DNA of 64,000 bases from Acutalibacteraceae bacterium (GTDB taxonomy: Bacteria; Bacillota; Clostridia; Oscillospirales; Acutalibacteraceae), in NCBI GenBank assembly GCA_045642465.1, contig JAZUIY010000017.1:9165-73164 (forward strand), written 5' to 3'. Below are positions 1-11,312 of the stretch, piece after piece. A program made the translations under genes and the position numbers. The number at the start of each line of letters is the position of its first letter. Within the stretch, counting starts at the first letter, position 1. A model generated the notes under the pieces. That model did not search any database. It was not told the origin of the DNA and saw only the letters and a program-made list of their open reading frames with translations.

Positions 1-1374
1 GGCGTAGAGCCGGACGAAGGCGTTACCGGAATGACCACCGAATCCGGAAACTATGGACCATATCAGCAAAGTAAACGAAAAGAAATTTATCAGACCTACG
101 CCAAGCAGCTGGTCAAGGAAGGATTGGCTTATCCTTGCTTCTGCACCGCAGAGGATCTGGATGCCATGCGTGCAAAGCAGGAAAGCGAAGGGGTAACGCC
201 TGGTTACTATGGCGAATACGCCACCTGCCGCAACCTGCCTTTGGAAGAAGTAGAGGCAAAACTGAAAGCGGGCACTCCTTATGTGCTTCGTTTAAAGAGC
301 CCGGGAACACCGGACGGAAAAATTGCTTACCAGGATGTCATTAAGGGCAAGATTGAACTGCCGGAAAACATCATGGATATTGTGCTTCTGAAAACCGACG
401 GCATCCCAACCTACCACTTTGCACACTGTGTAGATGACCACTTAATGCACACCACCCACGTGGTCCGCGGTGACGAATGGATTTCTTCCGTTCCAACCCA
501 CATTCAGCTCTTCAAGGTTTGCGGCTTTAAAACCCCGAAGTATGCTCATATTGCACCAATTATGAAATTGGACGAAGGCAACAAGAGAAAGCTTTCCAAG
601 AGAAAAGACCCGGAAGCAGCTGTTAGCTACTACATTGAAGAAGGATATCCAAAGGAATCCGTCTTAGAATATCTGCTTACCTTGGCCAACTCCAACTTTG
701 AAGACTGGAGACGTGCCAATAAGGATGCAGACCTGTCTCAGTTCCCATTCAACTTAAAGAAGATGAGCGTCAGCGGCGCTTTGTTTGACCTGGCAAAACT
801 GAATGACGTCAGCAAAAACGTCATTTCCGTCATGCCTGCAGCAGACGTGGTGGAAAAGACCATGGAATGGGCAAAGGACTACAACGAAAAGTTCTATGAA
901 CTGCTGAAGGCAGACAAGGAAAAGGCCACCGCCATTTTGTCCATTGACCGCGGCAATAAGAAGCCGAGAAAGGACATTGCAAAATGGTCTGACGTACCAG
1001 AGTACGTGGCCTATTTCTATAACGACCTTTATACTCCTGACTACACCTTGCCGGAAAACATTCAGCCGGCTGACGCAGTAGCCATTTTAAAGGCCTACAA
1101 AGAAGCATATGACCCGGCAGACGACAAGGATGCCTGGTTCAATAAAATCAAAGACATCTGTGAACCACTTGGATTCACACCAAACGTCAAGGAATATAAG
1201 GCAAATCCGGATGGCTTCAAAGGCCATGTTGGGGATGTCAGCAGCGTGATTCGTGTAGCCGCTACATCGCGCACCAATACGCCGGACCTTTACTTTATTC
1301 TTCAGATTCTGGGGAAGGAAGAAATGGCTAGACGCTTTGACGAAGCAATTTTGTTTTATGGAGGGGAAATTTAA
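1..1374 (+). CDS. gltX: glutamate--tRNA ligase (GluRS), 5' end cut by window edge
   Basis: Frame 1 is open from base 1 ([10 protein letters not shown] precedes the first Met). Class I aaRS core with KMSKS-like KLSKR, plus a typical GluRS C-terminal anticodon-binding region. Stop overlaps glnS start (TAATG at 1372-1376). Confidence 0.9.
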   Translation, partial: GVEPDEGVTGMTTESGNYGPYQQSKRKEIYQTYAKQLVKEGLAYPCFCTAEDLDAMRAKQESEGVTPGYYGEYATCRNLPLEEVEAKLKAGTPYVLRLKSPGTPDGKIAYQDVIKGKIELPENIMDIVLLKTDGIPTYHFAHCVDDHLMHTTHVVRGDEWISSVPTHIQLFKVCGFKTPKYAHIAPIMKLDEGNKRKLSKRKDPEAAVSYYIEEGYPKESVLEYLLTLANSNFEDWRRANKDADLSQFPFNLKKMSVSGALFDLAKLNDVSKNVISVMPAADVVEKTMEWAKDYNEKFYELLKADKEKATAILSIDRGNKKPRKDIAKWSDVPEYVAYFYNDLYTPDYTLPENIQPADAVAILKAYKEAYDPADDKDAWFNKIKDICEPLGFTPNVKEYKANPDGFKGHVGDVSSVIRVAATSRTNTPDLYFILQILGKEEMARRFDEAILFYGGEI

Positions 1375-3050
1375 TGGCAGACGAAACCGTAATGACTGCA
1401 GAAGAAACTGCGGTTCCTTCCAACTTTATTCATGACTTCATTGATGAAGATTTGGCAGAAGGCGTGTACAGCCGTGTCCAGACCCGATTCCCACCGGAAC
1501 CAAACGGATACCTGCACATTGGCCATGCCAAGGCAATTTACATCAACTTTTTCACCAAGGAAAAATATAAGGGCATCTGCAACCTGCGTATGGACGACAC
1601 CAACCCGGGCAAGGAAGACGTGGAATATGCAGAAGCCATTAAAGAAGACATCAAATGGCTGGGCTACGACTACGACAACGTATTCTATGCCTCTGACTAT
1701 TTTGACTTTATGTATGAAAATGCCCTGAAGCTGATTAAAGCAGGCAAAGCATTTGTATGCGATTTAACCGCTGATGAAATCAAAGAGTACCGCGGAACTT
1801 TGACAGAGCCGGGCAAAAACAGCCCATATAGAGACCGCTCTGTGGAAGAAAACCTGGAACTCTTCCAGCGCATGACCGACGGCGAATTTGCCGACGGGGA
1901 AAAGGTGCTCCGTGCCAAGATTGACATGAGCTCCCCTAACATCAACATGCGTGACCCGGTTATTTACCGTATTGCTCACCTGAGCCATTACAAGGCAGGG
2001 GACAAGTGGTGTGTATATCCAATGTATGACTTTGCCCATCCATTGGAAGACGCTTGCGAAGGCGTTACCCATTCCCTTTGCTCTTTGGAATTTGAAAACC
2101 ATAGACCGCTTTATGACTGGGTACTCCAGAACTGTGGCATTGAAGAAGCACCGCGCCAGATTGAGTTTGCACGTCTCAACTTAAACTACTGCGTTACTTC
2201 CAAGCGCCGCTGCCTGTACCTGGTAAACAACGGTTACGTAGACGGCTGGGATGACCCTCGTATGGTAACCGTGTGTGGCATGAGACGCCGTGGGTTCCCG
2301 CCAGAAGCCATCCGTGACTTCTGCGAACGCATTGGTATTTCCAAGGCCTATTCTGTAGTAGACTTTGGCCTTTTGGAAGCTTGTGTCAGAGACAACTTGA
2401 ACGCCAACGCACCGCGTGCTATGGCAGTTCTCCGCCCGCTGAAAGTCATTATTGATAACTATCCGGAAGGCCAGACCGAAACCTTGGAGGTTGAGGTTCA
2501 TCCGCAGAAACCGGAACTGGGCACCAGAGAAGTAACCTTCTCCAGAGAACTTTACATTGAACAGGACGACTTCATGATTGAACCGGTGAAGAAGTATAAA
2601 CGTTTCTATCCGGGCAACGAAGTTCGCCTGAAGGGTGCTTATTTTGCCACCTGCAAGAGTTATGAAACCGATGAAGACGGCAACGTAACCTGCATCCACG
2701 TAGAATACGATCCATTGTCCAAGGGCGGCGAAAGCCCGGATGGACGCAAGGTTCGCGGCACCATCCATTGGGTTTCCGCTGTAGACTGCATTCCTGCTGA
2801 AGTACGTCTTTATGACCGTCTCTTCAACGTGGAAAATCCGTCTGATGACAGTCACCCATTGGAAGATTACCTGAACCCGAATTCCTTAGAAGTGCTGGAA
2901 GGTGCTTTGCTGGAAGGCGGACTGAAGGACTTGAAACCGGGCGACACCTTCCAGTTCATGCGGAAGGGTTACTACACTGTAGATAAATACAGCACCCCGG
3001 AAAAACTCATTATCAACCGTACTGTAGACCTGAACTCTTCTTTTAAATAA
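1374..3050 (+). CDS. glnS: glutamine--tRNA ligase (GlnRS)
   Basis: 558 aa. HIGH motif in [14 protein letters not shown]; KMSKS-like VTSKRR. Full-length similarity to the GlnRS architecture, including the C-terminal beta-barrel anticodon domain. Confidence 0.93.
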   Translation: MADETVMTAEETAVPSNFIHDFIDEDLAEGVYSRVQTRFPPEPNGYLHIGHAKAIYINFFTKEKYKGICNLRMDDTNPGKEDVEYAEAIKEDIKWLGYDYDNVFYASDYFDFMYENALKLIKAGKAFVCDLTADEIKEYRGTLTEPGKNSPYRDRSVEENLELFQRMTDGEFADGEKVLRAKIDMSSPNINMRDPVIYRIAHLSHYKAGDKWCVYPMYDFAHPLEDACEGVTHSLCSLEFENHRPLYDWVLQNCGIEEAPRQIEFARLNLNYCVTSKRRCLYLVNNGYVDGWDDPRMVTVCGMRRRGFPPEAIRDFCERIGISKAYSVVDFGLLEACVRDNLNANAPRAMAVLRPLKVIIDNYPEGQTETLEVEVHPQKPELGTREVTFSRELYIEQDDFMIEPVKKYKRFYPGNEVRLKGAYFATCKSYETDEDGNVTCIHVEYDPLSKGGESPDGRKVRGTIHWVSAVDCIPAEVRLYDRLFNVENPSDDSHPLEDYLNPNSLEVLEGALLEGGLKDLKPGDTFQFMRKGYYTVDKYSTPEKLIINRTVDLNSSFK

Positions 3051-3105
3051 GGAGAAACTGAATCGCCTTTGGGCAAAAAATTTTTAGTAAAGGAGCGTGG
3101 CTGTC

Positions 3106-4050
3106 GTGCCAATTAAAATCCCAACCGATTTACCAGCGAAAAAAGTCTTAAATAGTGAGAACATTTTCGTCATGACCGAAATGCGTGCCGCCACGCAGCA
3201 GATTCGACCACTTCAGATTCTTCTTCTGAACCTGATGCCGAAGAAAATTGAAACAGAAACCCAGTTCGCCAGACTGTTGGGGAACACTCCGCTGCAGATT
3301 GAACTGGAACTGATTTGTATGAAAACCCACCATGCCAAGAACACCGCAGAAGACCATATGTTGGCCTTCTACAAAACCTTTGATGACATCAAGGACCGCA
3401 AGTTCGACGGCATGATTATTACCGGTGCCCCGGTAGAACAGATGCCATTTGAAGAAGTGGACTACTGGGACGAGCTCTGTGAAATCATGGAATGGTCTTC
3501 CACCCATGTGTATTCCACCTTCCACATTTGCTGGGGTGCACAGGCCGGTCTTTACTACCACTATGGCATTCCAAAGCAGGATTTGGACGAGAAACTCTTC
3601 GGGGTTTATCCTCACATTGTAGACCGGAAAAAGTCCATGCTGTTCCGTGGTTTTGATGACGTCTTCATGGTTCCGCAGTCCAGACATACCACCGTTTTGC
3701 GGGAGGATGTGGAAGCGGTTCCGGAACTGAAGATTTTGGCTTCTTCCGAAGAAGCCGGGGTCTTTGCCGTCAGCACCAAGCATGGCCGACAAATCTTTAT
3801 TACCGGTCATACGGAATATGATGCAGATACCCTTTACAATGAATATAAGCGGGATGTAGACGCAGGCTTGCCAATTAAGCCGCCGGTGAACTATTTCCCG
3901 AATGGGCGTGTCACCAAGCATGTGCCGGTTACCTGGCGGTCCAGTGCAAACCTTCTGTTTAGTAACTGGGTCAACTACTTCGTTTATCAGGAAACCCCAT
4001 ACTTGCTTTCCGAAATCGATCAGATCCGCGAAAAGAAAAAGAAGAAATAA
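3106..4050 (+). CDS. metA: homoserine O-acyltransferase MetA (acetyl/succinyl specificity not decidable)
   Basis: Canonical MPIKIP N-terminus if GTG 3106 is used; AGGAG at 3091-3095 is 10 nt upstream, whereas the track start 3097 is too close to the RBS. Active-site Cys context FHICWGAQA. Lys-rich tail. Confidence 0.9.
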   Translation: MPIKIPTDLPAKKVLNSENIFVMTEMRAATQQIRPLQILLLNLMPKKIETETQFARLLGNTPLQIELELICMKTHHAKNTAEDHMLAFYKTFDDIKDRKFDGMIITGAPVEQMPFEEVDYWDELCEIMEWSSTHVYSTFHICWGAQAGLYYHYGIPKQDLDEKLFGVYPHIVDRKKSMLFRGFDDVFMVPQSRHTTVLREDVEAVPELKILASSEEAGVFAVSTKHGRQIFITGHTEYDADTLYNEYKRDVDAGLPIKPPVNYFPNGRVTKHVPVTWRSSANLLFSNWVNYFVYQETPYLLSEIDQIREKKKKK

Positions 4051-4051
4051 G

Positions 4052-4085
4052 AAAAAGACACCGCGAAATGCGGTGTCTTTTTTTA
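4052..4085. terminator. bidirectional intrinsic terminator between metA (+) and ybaK-like gene (-)
   Basis: Stem AGACACCGC/GCGGTGTCT (4056-4064 / 4070-4078), loop GAAAT, A-run upstream and T-run downstream. Confidence 0.7.
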
Positions 4086-4101
4086 TTGGCTACAAAGCCA
4101 T

Positions 4102-4584
4102 TTATTCTGCTTCTGGTTCTAAAATTTGACAAACATCAATCCAGTCTACCTGGTTGGCAATTTGCCCCAGTTCGTCCGGGGTAAGTTTTACCGCACTGGC
4201 TGCGTTGCCGCAGGCTGGATAAACATAGTCAAAGCGTTTTAAGGATTCGTCCAAATAAACGTTAACGCCCTCTTTGATACCAAAAGGGCAAACGCCGCCA
4301 ACATCGTGGCCTACCAATTCGTTAACCTCTTCCCGGGTTAACATTTTAGCCTTCTTGTGGAAATAGGCCTTATATTTGCTGTTGGCAATTTTGGTGTCTC
4401 CTGCGCAGAGAATCATAATTGGCTGTTCCTCTACCATAAAGGTGAGGGACTTTGCAATTTTAGCCGGTTCGGTACCGACGGCCTTTGCGGCCAGCTCCAC
4501 GGTGGCACTGGACACGTCAAAGAAGAGGGCACGGTCTCCAAAACCGACGCTATCTAAATACGCTTTTGCGTTTTCTGCTCCCAT
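4102..4584 (-). CDS. YbaK/ProX/EbsC-family aminoacyl-tRNA deacylase (trans-editing)
   Basis: About 160 aa with IAKSL and GGVCPFG motifs typical of the YbaK family. Start moved to ATG 4584, which has AAAAGGAG 7 nt upstream; the track start 4602 lies inside alaX. Confidence 0.8.
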   Translation of the reverse strand: MGAENAKAYLDSVGFGDRALFFDVSSATVELAAKAVGTEPAKIAKSLTFMVEEQPIMILCAGDTKIANSKYKAYFHKKAKMLTREEVNELVGHDVGGVCPFGIKEGVNVYLDESLKRFDYVYPACGNAASAVKLTPDELGQIANQVDWIDVCQILEPEAE

Positions 4585-4588
4585 AGGA

Positions 4589-5752
4589 TTACTCCTTTTC
4601 AAAATAGGCTTGAATGGTTAAGAGCGGGCACTGGAAAGAGCCTTGAACCAGTTGCGGTTTTCCGCCGCCACGGCCATTCAGTGCGCTGTTGATTTCTTTT
4701 ACCAAAGTGGAAAGGTTGAGGCCGCTTTCTGCCTCGGTGGTAATAATGTAACGGTAGGTATCTTCTCCGGTTTTGGAGAGGGCAACAAACATGCCGGAAC
4801 AGGATGCAGCGCCGCCCTTTGCTAAGGTCATCAGGGTGTCACTGTCGGCGTTTTCCAAAGCCACCACTAAATTCCCCTCGGTGAAAGAAAGACCGCTTAA
4901 ATAGGCTTCTGCAATGCCTCTGTTGGCCACGGACAAGTCATGGGCCAAGCCGTCTGCTTTGGCAGAGAGGGCGCTGACAGCAGCTGCGGTTTCTGCCTGT
5001 GGGGAAGAGGTGATATCCATAATCTGAAGCACGTTTTCCTGCTTCTCTTCATAGTCTTCTAAGGCGTCCCACCCACAGCGCAGGTGGAGGCGGGTACCGC
5101 CGTGACTTTTTTCAAAATGGACGATTTTTATGAGACCGATTTCTCCGGTTCTGGTTACGTGTGGGGCACAGCAGGCACACACGTCTACTTCCGGAATGGT
5201 AACCAGTCTAACATTTTCGGTGAGATCCAGCTTGCTGCGGTACTCCAAAGTAGGGAGGGTGGCAGGATCTGGATAACCGGTGAAGATAGGTACATTGGCA
5301 AATACCACTTCATTGGCTTTCCTCTCAATGAGATGAACGTCCTCTTCTGTGAGGATTCCGTTGTAGTCACAGGTGACGTCATTATTTCCCAAATGGAAGC
5401 CAATGTTGTCAAATCCGTACAGGTTGTGAACCATGCCGGAAACAATGTGTTCTCCGGAATGGCTTTGCATTCTTCGGAACCGGAGAGGCCAGTTCAGTTC
5501 TCCGGTTACTTCTTCTCCTACCGGGAGAGGACCGGAACAGATGTGGGTGATGATTCCACTGTCGTCAATTTGAACATCGACAACTTGAACGCCATTTAAG
5601 GTGCCTTCATCTGCAAATTGGCCGCCGCCTTCCGGGAAGAATGCGGTTTGATCCAACCTAACAGAATAAAAAGCACCGCTCTCGACGCATTCCTGCACGA
5701 GAGCGGTGAATGTACTTAAATGACTATCTGCATCATACAGTTTCGTCGTCAT
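4589..5752 (-). CDS. alaX: AlaX-L type alanyl-tRNA editing protein (AlaRS editing domain plus DHHA1-like C-terminus)
   Basis: Zn/editing motifs HSGEH and CCAPHV; FFPEGGGQ N-terminal motif. Start taken at MTTKLYD (ATG 5752), overlapping the pduL stop as TAATG. Confidence 0.85.
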   Translation of the reverse strand: MTTKLYDADSHLSTFTALVQECVESGAFYSVRLDQTAFFPEGGGQFADEGTLNGVQVVDVQIDDSGIITHICSGPLPVGEEVTGELNWPLRFRRMQSHSGEHIVSGMVHNLYGFDNIGFHLGNNDVTCDYNGILTEEDVHLIERKANEVVFANVPIFTGYPDPATLPTLEYRSKLDLTENVRLVTIPEVDVCACCAPHVTRTGEIGLIKIVHFEKSHGGTRLHLRCGWDALEDYEEKQENVLQIMDITSSPQAETAAAVSALSAKADGLAHDLSVANRGIAEAYLSGLSFTEGNLVVALENADSDTLMTLAKGGAASCSGMFVALSKTGEDTYRYIITTEAESGLNLSTLVKEINSALNGRGGGKPQLVQGSFQCPLLTIQAYFEKE

Positions 5753-6324
5753 TATTTTACAAGTTCTACCATGAGGCCTGGGGTAGCGCCGCAAGCGTTG
5801 GATTCGTCGGTGTCAATGTGCATTGCAAGAGCGTACTTTTCGGATACGCGGGCAACAACATCGTCAAAAATAAGGGAACGGCCATCGGAAGTAACCTTAA
5901 CTTTTACAATTTCACCGTTTTCAATGCCCAGTTCTTTGGCATCTTCCGGAGTAGCATGAATGTGACGCTTTGCAACAATAACGCCTTCGTTAATTTCAAC
6001 TTCACCCTTAGGGCCAACCAGCTTGCAAGCACCGGAACCGGCAATGTCAGCGGATTCACGGATTGGAGCAGCAATGCCGATGGAGCGGGCATCAGAAGCG
6101 GAAAGTTCTACCTGAGTTTCCGGACGGATTGGGCCTAAAATGGAAACCTTTGGGAATTCGCCCTTAGGACCAATTACGCGAACGCGTTCTTCGGAAGCAA
6201 ACTGACCCGGCTGGGAAAGGTCCTTTTTCCAAGTGAGTTCGTAACCTTCACCGAAGAGGGTGTCCAGTACTTCTCTGGTAACGTGCAAGTGTCTTGCGGA
6301 AGTTTCAAGTAAAATCTGTTTCAT
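5752..6324 (-). CDS. pduL: phosphate propanoyl/acetyl-transferase PduL
   Basis: Two PduL repeats with SARHLH and AKRHIH motifs. Start at ATG 6324, with AAGGA 9 nt upstream; the track start 6333 sits in the RBS. Confidence 0.85.
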   Translation of the reverse strand: MKQILLETSARHLHVTREVLDTLFGEGYELTWKKDLSQPGQFASEERVRVIGPKGEFPKVSILGPIRPETQVELSASDARSIGIAAPIRESADIAGSGACKLVGPKGEVEINEGVIVAKRHIHATPEDAKELGIENGEIVKVKVTSDGRSLIFDDVVARVSEKYALAMHIDTDESNACGATPGLMVELVK

Positions 6325-6445
6325 GAAGATCATCCTTTATATATATTATTAGTATGGAATTCGCAACTATTATACGAGCAAAGGCTCTACTTTTCAATGT
6401 CAATTGTGCTAGAATAAATGGGAATAAGTAGCGGAGGTTTACCCC

Positions 6446-7006
6446 ATGTATAACAGTTTTGAAGAACTGCGTGCCGACTGCATGCAATGTAATAAATGCC
6501 GACTGGGCGATACACGTACGAACCTAGTCTTCGGAGTCGGTAACCCGAAGGCAAAAGTGCTTTTTATTGGAGAGGGCCCGGGAGAACAGGAGGACCTGAA
6601 AGGGGAGCCGTTTGTGGGTAGAAGCGGTCAGCTTCTAGATAAGATGCTTTCCGCCGTGGGCCTGAGCCGGGCAGAAAACATTTATATTGCCAACATGGTG
6701 AAATGCCGTCCGCCCCAGAACCGTGATCCAAAGCCGGACGAGCAGGACATCTGCATGGAGTGGCTGAGAGAGCAAGTCCGGCTCATTCAGCCGAAGATTA
6801 TTGTGTGCCTTGGCCGTATTTCGGCCCAGCGCATCATTTCTCCGGACTTCAAAGTTACCAAGGAGCACGGTGAATTTATTGAGCGGAACGGCGTGCTGCT
6901 GATGGGCACCTTCCATCCGGCCGCATTGCTCCGGAACCCCAACAATAAGCCGGCAGCCTTTGACGACTTTTTAAAACTCCGCGACAAATTAGAAGAATTA
7001 TCTTAA
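6446..7006 (+). CDS. family 4 uracil-DNA glycosylase (4Fe-4S)
   Basis: GEGPG motif A, HPAALLR motif B, Cys ligands CxxCxxC...C. GGAGG RBS 8 nt upstream. Confidence 0.85.
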   Translation: MYNSFEELRADCMQCNKCRLGDTRTNLVFGVGNPKAKVLFIGEGPGEQEDLKGEPFVGRSGQLLDKMLSAVGLSRAENIYIANMVKCRPPQNRDPKPDEQDICMEWLREQVRLIQPKIIVCLGRISAQRIISPDFKVTKEHGEFIERNGVLLMGTFHPAALLRNPNNKPAAFDDFLKLRDKLEELS

Positions 7007-7009
7007 AAG

Positions 7010-7042
7010 AAAAGCCATCCCGGTGGGATGGCTTCTTTTTTA
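7010..7042. terminator. bidirectional intrinsic terminator (udg + / araC-type -)
   Basis: Stem AGCCATCC/GGATGGCT (7013-7020 / 7026-7033) flanked by an A-run and a T-run. Confidence 0.7.
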
Positions 7043-7048
7043 TACTTT

Positions 7049-7978
7049 TTACACCTTGTACTGAATTAATTCTTGCAAGGCTTCTTCCGGTGGGAAGAAG
7101 TATTCGGTATCCTTTTCCATTTTTTGGATGTTCAAGGTGGCTATCGGCGGAATGTTGGCCCGGAACTCGGCCGGTTTCATGCCTAGCTGGGTTTCGAACA
7201 TCTTTGTCATGTACTTTAGCTCGGAAAAACCGCTGCGTTCGCTGACTTCGGTTAAGGTTAGGCCGGTGTCGGCAATGAGGCGGAGGGCATGTTCAAAGCG
7301 AACCCGGTTCAGCTGTTCTTGGAAGGTAACCCCAAACTGTTCCGTAAAGAGATGGCTTAAATGGGTTACCGTAATATTTTCGCTGGCAGCCAAATCTGTC
7401 AGACGGATAGGTTCTTGATAATGGTCTTCCAGGTGGGCGCTTAGGCGCATCATACGGGAGACCTGTTTTTTGTTTTTATCATGTTCTGCATCCGAAATAA
7501 CCTGATGAGGCACAAAGAGAAAGACGTCCTTTAAGAAGGCAGTCATTTCGGAAATACAGCTGAGTTCATAGTATTCACTGCCGGTAACGTATTCAATGCC
7601 GGCACCAATAAAGTGGCGCTGGCTTTCTAAGAGTACTTTCCTTGGAAGAACCGCATTTAAATCTGCTTCTAAGAAGAGGGTGTTTTGCAGTGCAGGGAAG
7701 TAGGACTTCAAGAAGCGAGGGGAAAACTGAAGGATGAGAGTGGTAATTGGCCCCCGGGTGCCACTGATGTCATGGGGCTCATTGGAATTGATGAGCAGCA
7801 TGGAACCGGGATGCAGTTCATATTCCTGCTGACGAATATGACAAACCCCGTTGCCGTCCAGAATGAAAAGCACTTCAATATCCGAGTGCATATGAACGGA
7901 ACGGAAGAGAATATGGTTTACAAATAAGTTGAGATGCTTAATGCGGCTGTGGGCCACAATTTCATACTCTTGTTTCAT
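7049..7978 (-). CDS. AraC-family transcriptional regulator (cupin sensor plus HTH), probable xylose operon regulator
   Basis: N-terminal cupin-like region (HxH...H pattern) and a C-terminal double-HTH AraC signature. Divergent from xylBA. Confidence 0.8.
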   Translation of the reverse strand: MKQEYEIVAHSRIKHLNLFVNHILFRSVHMHSDIEVLFILDGNGVCHIRQQEYELHPGSMLLINSNEPHDISGTRGPITTLILQFSPRFLKSYFPALQNTLFLEADLNAVLPRKVLLESQRHFIGAGIEYVTGSEYYELSCISEMTAFLKDVFLFVPHQVISDAEHDKNKKQVSRMMRLSAHLEDHYQEPIRLTDLAASENITVTHLSHLFTEQFGVTFQEQLNRVRFEHALRLIADTGLTLTEVSERSGFSELKYMTKMFETQLGMKPAEFRANIPPIATLNIQKMEKDTEYFFPPEEALQELIQYKV

Positions 7979-8123
7979 AGAATCACGCCCTTTGACTATA
8001 TTTTATATTCTTCGTACAAAAATCGCAAGATTGTCGTTCTAAATAGTAGGCGAAATCTTAGGAATTCGGGAAACAATCATTTAGGATATAGATGACGAAA
8101 TTAGATGAAGGAGCGAAACGTAA

Positions 8124-9605
8124 ATGCTTTTCGTAGGTATTGATCTTGGTACCTCTTCCGTGAAGTTGCTTCTGGTAGACGAAAAAGGCCAGATTCACGG
8201 AGAAGTCACCAAAGAATATCCTGTGTACTTCCCAAAAGAAGGATGGTCAGAACAACATCCGGAAGACTGGATTTCCGCAGTTAAGTCCGGACTGACCGTA
8301 CTGTTAAACAAAGTAGATAAAAGTCAGGTAGCCGGCATCGGCTGCGGAGGACAAATGCATGGCTTAGTTGCCTTGGATGAAAATGACAATGTCATCCGCC
8401 CGGCCATTCTTTGGAACGACGGCCGAACCTTTGCAGAAACCGAATACCTGAACCACTTAATTGGTCAAAAGGTATTGTCCGAAGAAACCGCAAACATTGC
8501 ATTTGCCGGATTTACCGCACCAAAGATTCTTTGGATGAAGAACAAAGAACCGGAAAACTTTGACCGCATTGCAAAGATTATGCTGCCAAAGGATTACGTG
8601 GTCTATTGCTTGACCGGCGTCCATGCAACCGATTACTCGGACGCTTCCGGCATGCTTCTCTTAGATGTAGAACACAAGTGCTGGTCCAAAAAAATGTTGG
8701 AAATCTGTTCCGTTACAGAAGAGCAGCTGCCAAAGCTTTATGAGTCCTACGAAGTGGTAGGAACCGTGAAGCCGGAAATTGCCGAATGCCTTGGCATTGG
8801 CGAAGTTAAGGTGGTTGCAGGTGCAGGGGACAACGCAGCAGCTGCTGTAGGTACCGGCACCGTAGGCGAAGGGAAATGTAACATTTCTCTCGGCACCTCC
8901 GGAACCATCTTCGTTTCCAGCGAAGAATTTGGCAGTGTACCGGAAAACGCACTGCACGCCTTCTGCCACGCAGACGGCAAATACCATTTGATGGGCTGTA
9001 TGCTTTCCGCCGCATCCTGTAACAACTGGTGGATGAAAGACATCCTCGGTACCACAGATTTTGCCGGCATGCAGAAAGAAATTGACACAGAAAAGTTAGG
9101 GCAAAACCACGTTTACTTCTTACCTTATTTGATGGGCGAACGAAGCCCGATCAACGACACCAATGCCCGCGGTACTTTCGTAGGCATGACAATGGACACC
9201 AGCCGTGCAGATTTGCTGCAAGCCATTTTTGAAGGTGTTGCTTTTGCCATCCGCGACAGCTACGAAGTAGCCAAGCAGATTGGCATTGAAATTACCGCCA
9301 GCAACATTTGCGGCGGTGGCGCAAAGAGCCCACTTTGGAAAACCATTTTGGCCGCTGTCCTGAACCTGCGTTTGGATTGTCTCCAGACGGAACAGGGACC
9401 GGGCTTCGGCGGCGCCATGTTGGCCATGGTAGGCTGCGGCGTCTATGATACAGTATCCACTGCTTGCGAGGCATTGGTAAAAGTATCCGATTCTGTTGAA
9501 CCGGATGCAGAACTCGCAGCACTTTATGAGAAAAGATATAACAACTATAAAAAGATTTACCCGGCACTGAAAACATTTTTTGCCGACGCCATTAAGGAGG
9601 ATTAA
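8124..9605 (+). CDS. xylB: xylulokinase
   Basis: FGGY kinase N-terminus [17 protein letters not shown] and GAGDNAA motifs. Immediately upstream of xylA. Confidence 0.9.
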   Translation: MLFVGIDLGTSSVKLLLVDEKGQIHGEVTKEYPVYFPKEGWSEQHPEDWISAVKSGLTVLLNKVDKSQVAGIGCGGQMHGLVALDENDNVIRPAILWNDGRTFAETEYLNHLIGQKVLSEETANIAFAGFTAPKILWMKNKEPENFDRIAKIMLPKDYVVYCLTGVHATDYSDASGMLLLDVEHKCWSKKMLEICSVTEEQLPKLYESYEVVGTVKPEIAECLGIGEVKVVAGAGDNAAAAVGTGTVGEGKCNISLGTSGTIFVSSEEFGSVPENALHAFCHADGKYHLMGCMLSAASCNNWWMKDILGTTDFAGMQKEIDTEKLGQNHVYFLPYLMGERSPINDTNARGTFVGMTMDTSRADLLQAIFEGVAFAIRDSYEVAKQIGIEITASNICGGGAKSPLWKTILAAVLNLRLDCLQTEQGPGFGGAMLAMVGCGVYDTVSTACEALVKVSDSVEPDAELAALYEKRYNNYKKIYPALKTFFADAIKED

Positions 9606-9607
9606 TA

Positions 9608-10927
9608 ATGAGCGAAGTATTTGCAAACATTCCAGTAATTAAGTATGAAGGTCCAGATAGCAAAAACCCATTTGCTTTCAAATTCTATGATCCGGAAAAG
9701 GTAATCATGGGCAAGACCATGAAAGAACATCTTCCATTTGCCATGGCCTGGTGGCACAACCTTGGTGCTGCAGGTACCGATATGTTCGGTAGAGACACCG
9801 GCGACAAGAGATTCGGTGCCAGCGAAGCTGCAACCATGGAACACGCTAAGGCAAAGGTGGATGCCGGTTTCGAATTTATGACAAAAGTCGGCATTGAATA
9901 CTTCTGCTTCCACGACGTAGACCTTGTTCCGGAAGCTGATGACATTAATGTTACCAATGCTCGTTTGGATGAAATTACCGATTACATCTTGGAAAAGATG
10001 AAGGCAACCGGTATTAAGTGCCTCTGGGGTACTGCCAACATGTTCTCTAACCCTCGTTTCATGAACGGCGCAGGCAGCACCAACAACATTGATACCTACT
10101 GCTTTGCAGCTGCTCAGATTAAGAAGGCTCTTGAACTTACCGTAAAACTTGGCGGTAAGGGCTACGTATTCTGTGGCGGCCGTGAAGGTTATGAAACCCT
10201 CCTGAACACCGACGTTAAATTTGAACAGGAAAATATTGCTGCTCTGATGCACATGGCTGTTGATTATGGCCGTAAGATTGGCTTCACCGGCGACTTCTAC
10301 ATTGAACCAAAGCCAAAAGAACCAATGAAGCATCAGTATGACTTTGACGCAGCAACTGCCATTGGCTTCCTTCGTCAGTATGGCCTCGACAAGGACTTCA
10401 AGATGAACATTGAAGCAAACCATGCAACGCTTGCCGGCCACACCTTCCAGCATGAACTTCGCATTTCCGCTATTAACGGTATGCTTGGTTCCATTGACGC
10501 AAACCAGGGTGACTACCTCCTTGGCTGGGATACCGACGAATTCCCAAGCGACGTTTACGAAGCAACCATGTGTATGTACGAAGTGCTGAAGTCCGATGGC
10601 CTCACCGGTGGTTTCAACTTTGACTCCAAGACCCGTCGTCCTTCCAACACCTACGAAGACATGTTCAAGGCTTATATCCTTGGTATGGATACCTTCGCTC
10701 TTGGTCTTATCAAGGCTGCTGCCATGATTGAAGACGGCAGAGTAGATGCATTCAAAGAAAAGAAATACGAAACCTTCCAGTCTGAACTGGGTAAGAAGGT
10801 TCGCTCCGGCAAAGCTTCCTTGGAAGAACTTGCCAAAGCCGCATGCGACATGAAGGGCATGGAATCCCCAATTTCCGGAAACCAGGAAGGCCTTCAGAGC
10901 ATCGTTAACCAGGTACTCTTTGGTTAA
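9608..10927 (+). CDS. xylA: xylose isomerase
   Basis: 439 aa class II XylA. FCGGREGY and IEPKPKEP metal/active-site motifs; WHN and FHD motifs. Confidence 0.95.
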   Translation: MSEVFANIPVIKYEGPDSKNPFAFKFYDPEKVIMGKTMKEHLPFAMAWWHNLGAAGTDMFGRDTGDKRFGASEAATMEHAKAKVDAGFEFMTKVGIEYFCFHDVDLVPEADDINVTNARLDEITDYILEKMKATGIKCLWGTANMFSNPRFMNGAGSTNNIDTYCFAAAQIKKALELTVKLGGKGYVFCGGREGYETLLNTDVKFEQENIAALMHMAVDYGRKIGFTGDFYIEPKPKEPMKHQYDFDAATAIGFLRQYGLDKDFKMNIEANHATLAGHTFQHELRISAINGMLGSIDANQGDYLLGWDTDEFPSDVYEATMCMYEVLKSDGLTGGFNFDSKTRRPSNTYEDMFKAYILGMDTFALGLIKAAAMIEDGRVDAFKEKKYETFQSELGKKVRSGKASLEELAKAACDMKGMESPISGNQEGLQSIVNQVLFG

Positions 10928-11028
10928 TCCATTCTACAGATCATATTGCTCATTCCCCTAGTGTAGTTTGGACAAAGATAGATTTTTCTTCCTTTTCTCG
11001 ATTGCCGAATGATGGAGACCTCGGCTTC

Positions 11029-11262
11029 GGGAAAAGAGGAAAAACCAAATTAAGGAACTCCTTAAACTTGCCGCAGGTGACTGGATGTTAGACTGACGGA
11101 AGAGAGAAGACTTTCTTGGCTATCGCAAACGGGTCCCTACCTGTTTGATTTGAAAGAATTTTCCTTCCCGCATCTGACACCAGCCTACCTGCATTTAAGG
11201 CAAGTTTCCCCCCCTTTTTCTCTGGTAGGGACGTCCCTTCTAAAAGGGTCCTGAAGGGACGT
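11029..11262. ncRNA. candidate structured RNA, unclassified (rod-like extended hairpin; 6S-like is only a hypothesis)
   Basis: No ORF in this region. Nested helices: 11064-11072/11199-11207 (9 bp), 11073-11078/11187-11192 (6 bp), 11081-11084/11180-11183 and 11097-11099/11168-11170. A purine/pyrimidine imperfect stem spans 11100-11115/11152-11167. Apical hairpin 11126-11134/11139-11147. A separate 9-bp hairpin lies at 11231-11239/11253-11261. Strand and ends are undetermined. Confidence 0.35.
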
Positions 11263-11283
11263 AAAATACATTTATTTTAGTGT

Positions 11284-11312
11284 TGCTTTTCACAATTTGA
11301 TATGATATTATA
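11284..11312 (+). promoter_or_regulatory. sigma-70-like promoter for tRNA-Arg
   Basis: TTGCTT (11284-11289), 17-nt spacer, TATTAT (11307-11312). The tRNA starts about 25 nt downstream. Confidence 0.45.

Noticed and set aside
9602-10453. 283-aa minus-strand ORF overlapping xylA
   Set aside because: It is antisense to an unmistakable xylose isomerase. Similar antisense ORFs at 2181-2855, 3148-3921, 16486-17109, 22431-23198, 26631-27218, 30407-31123 and 48303-48998 are rejected for the same reason.
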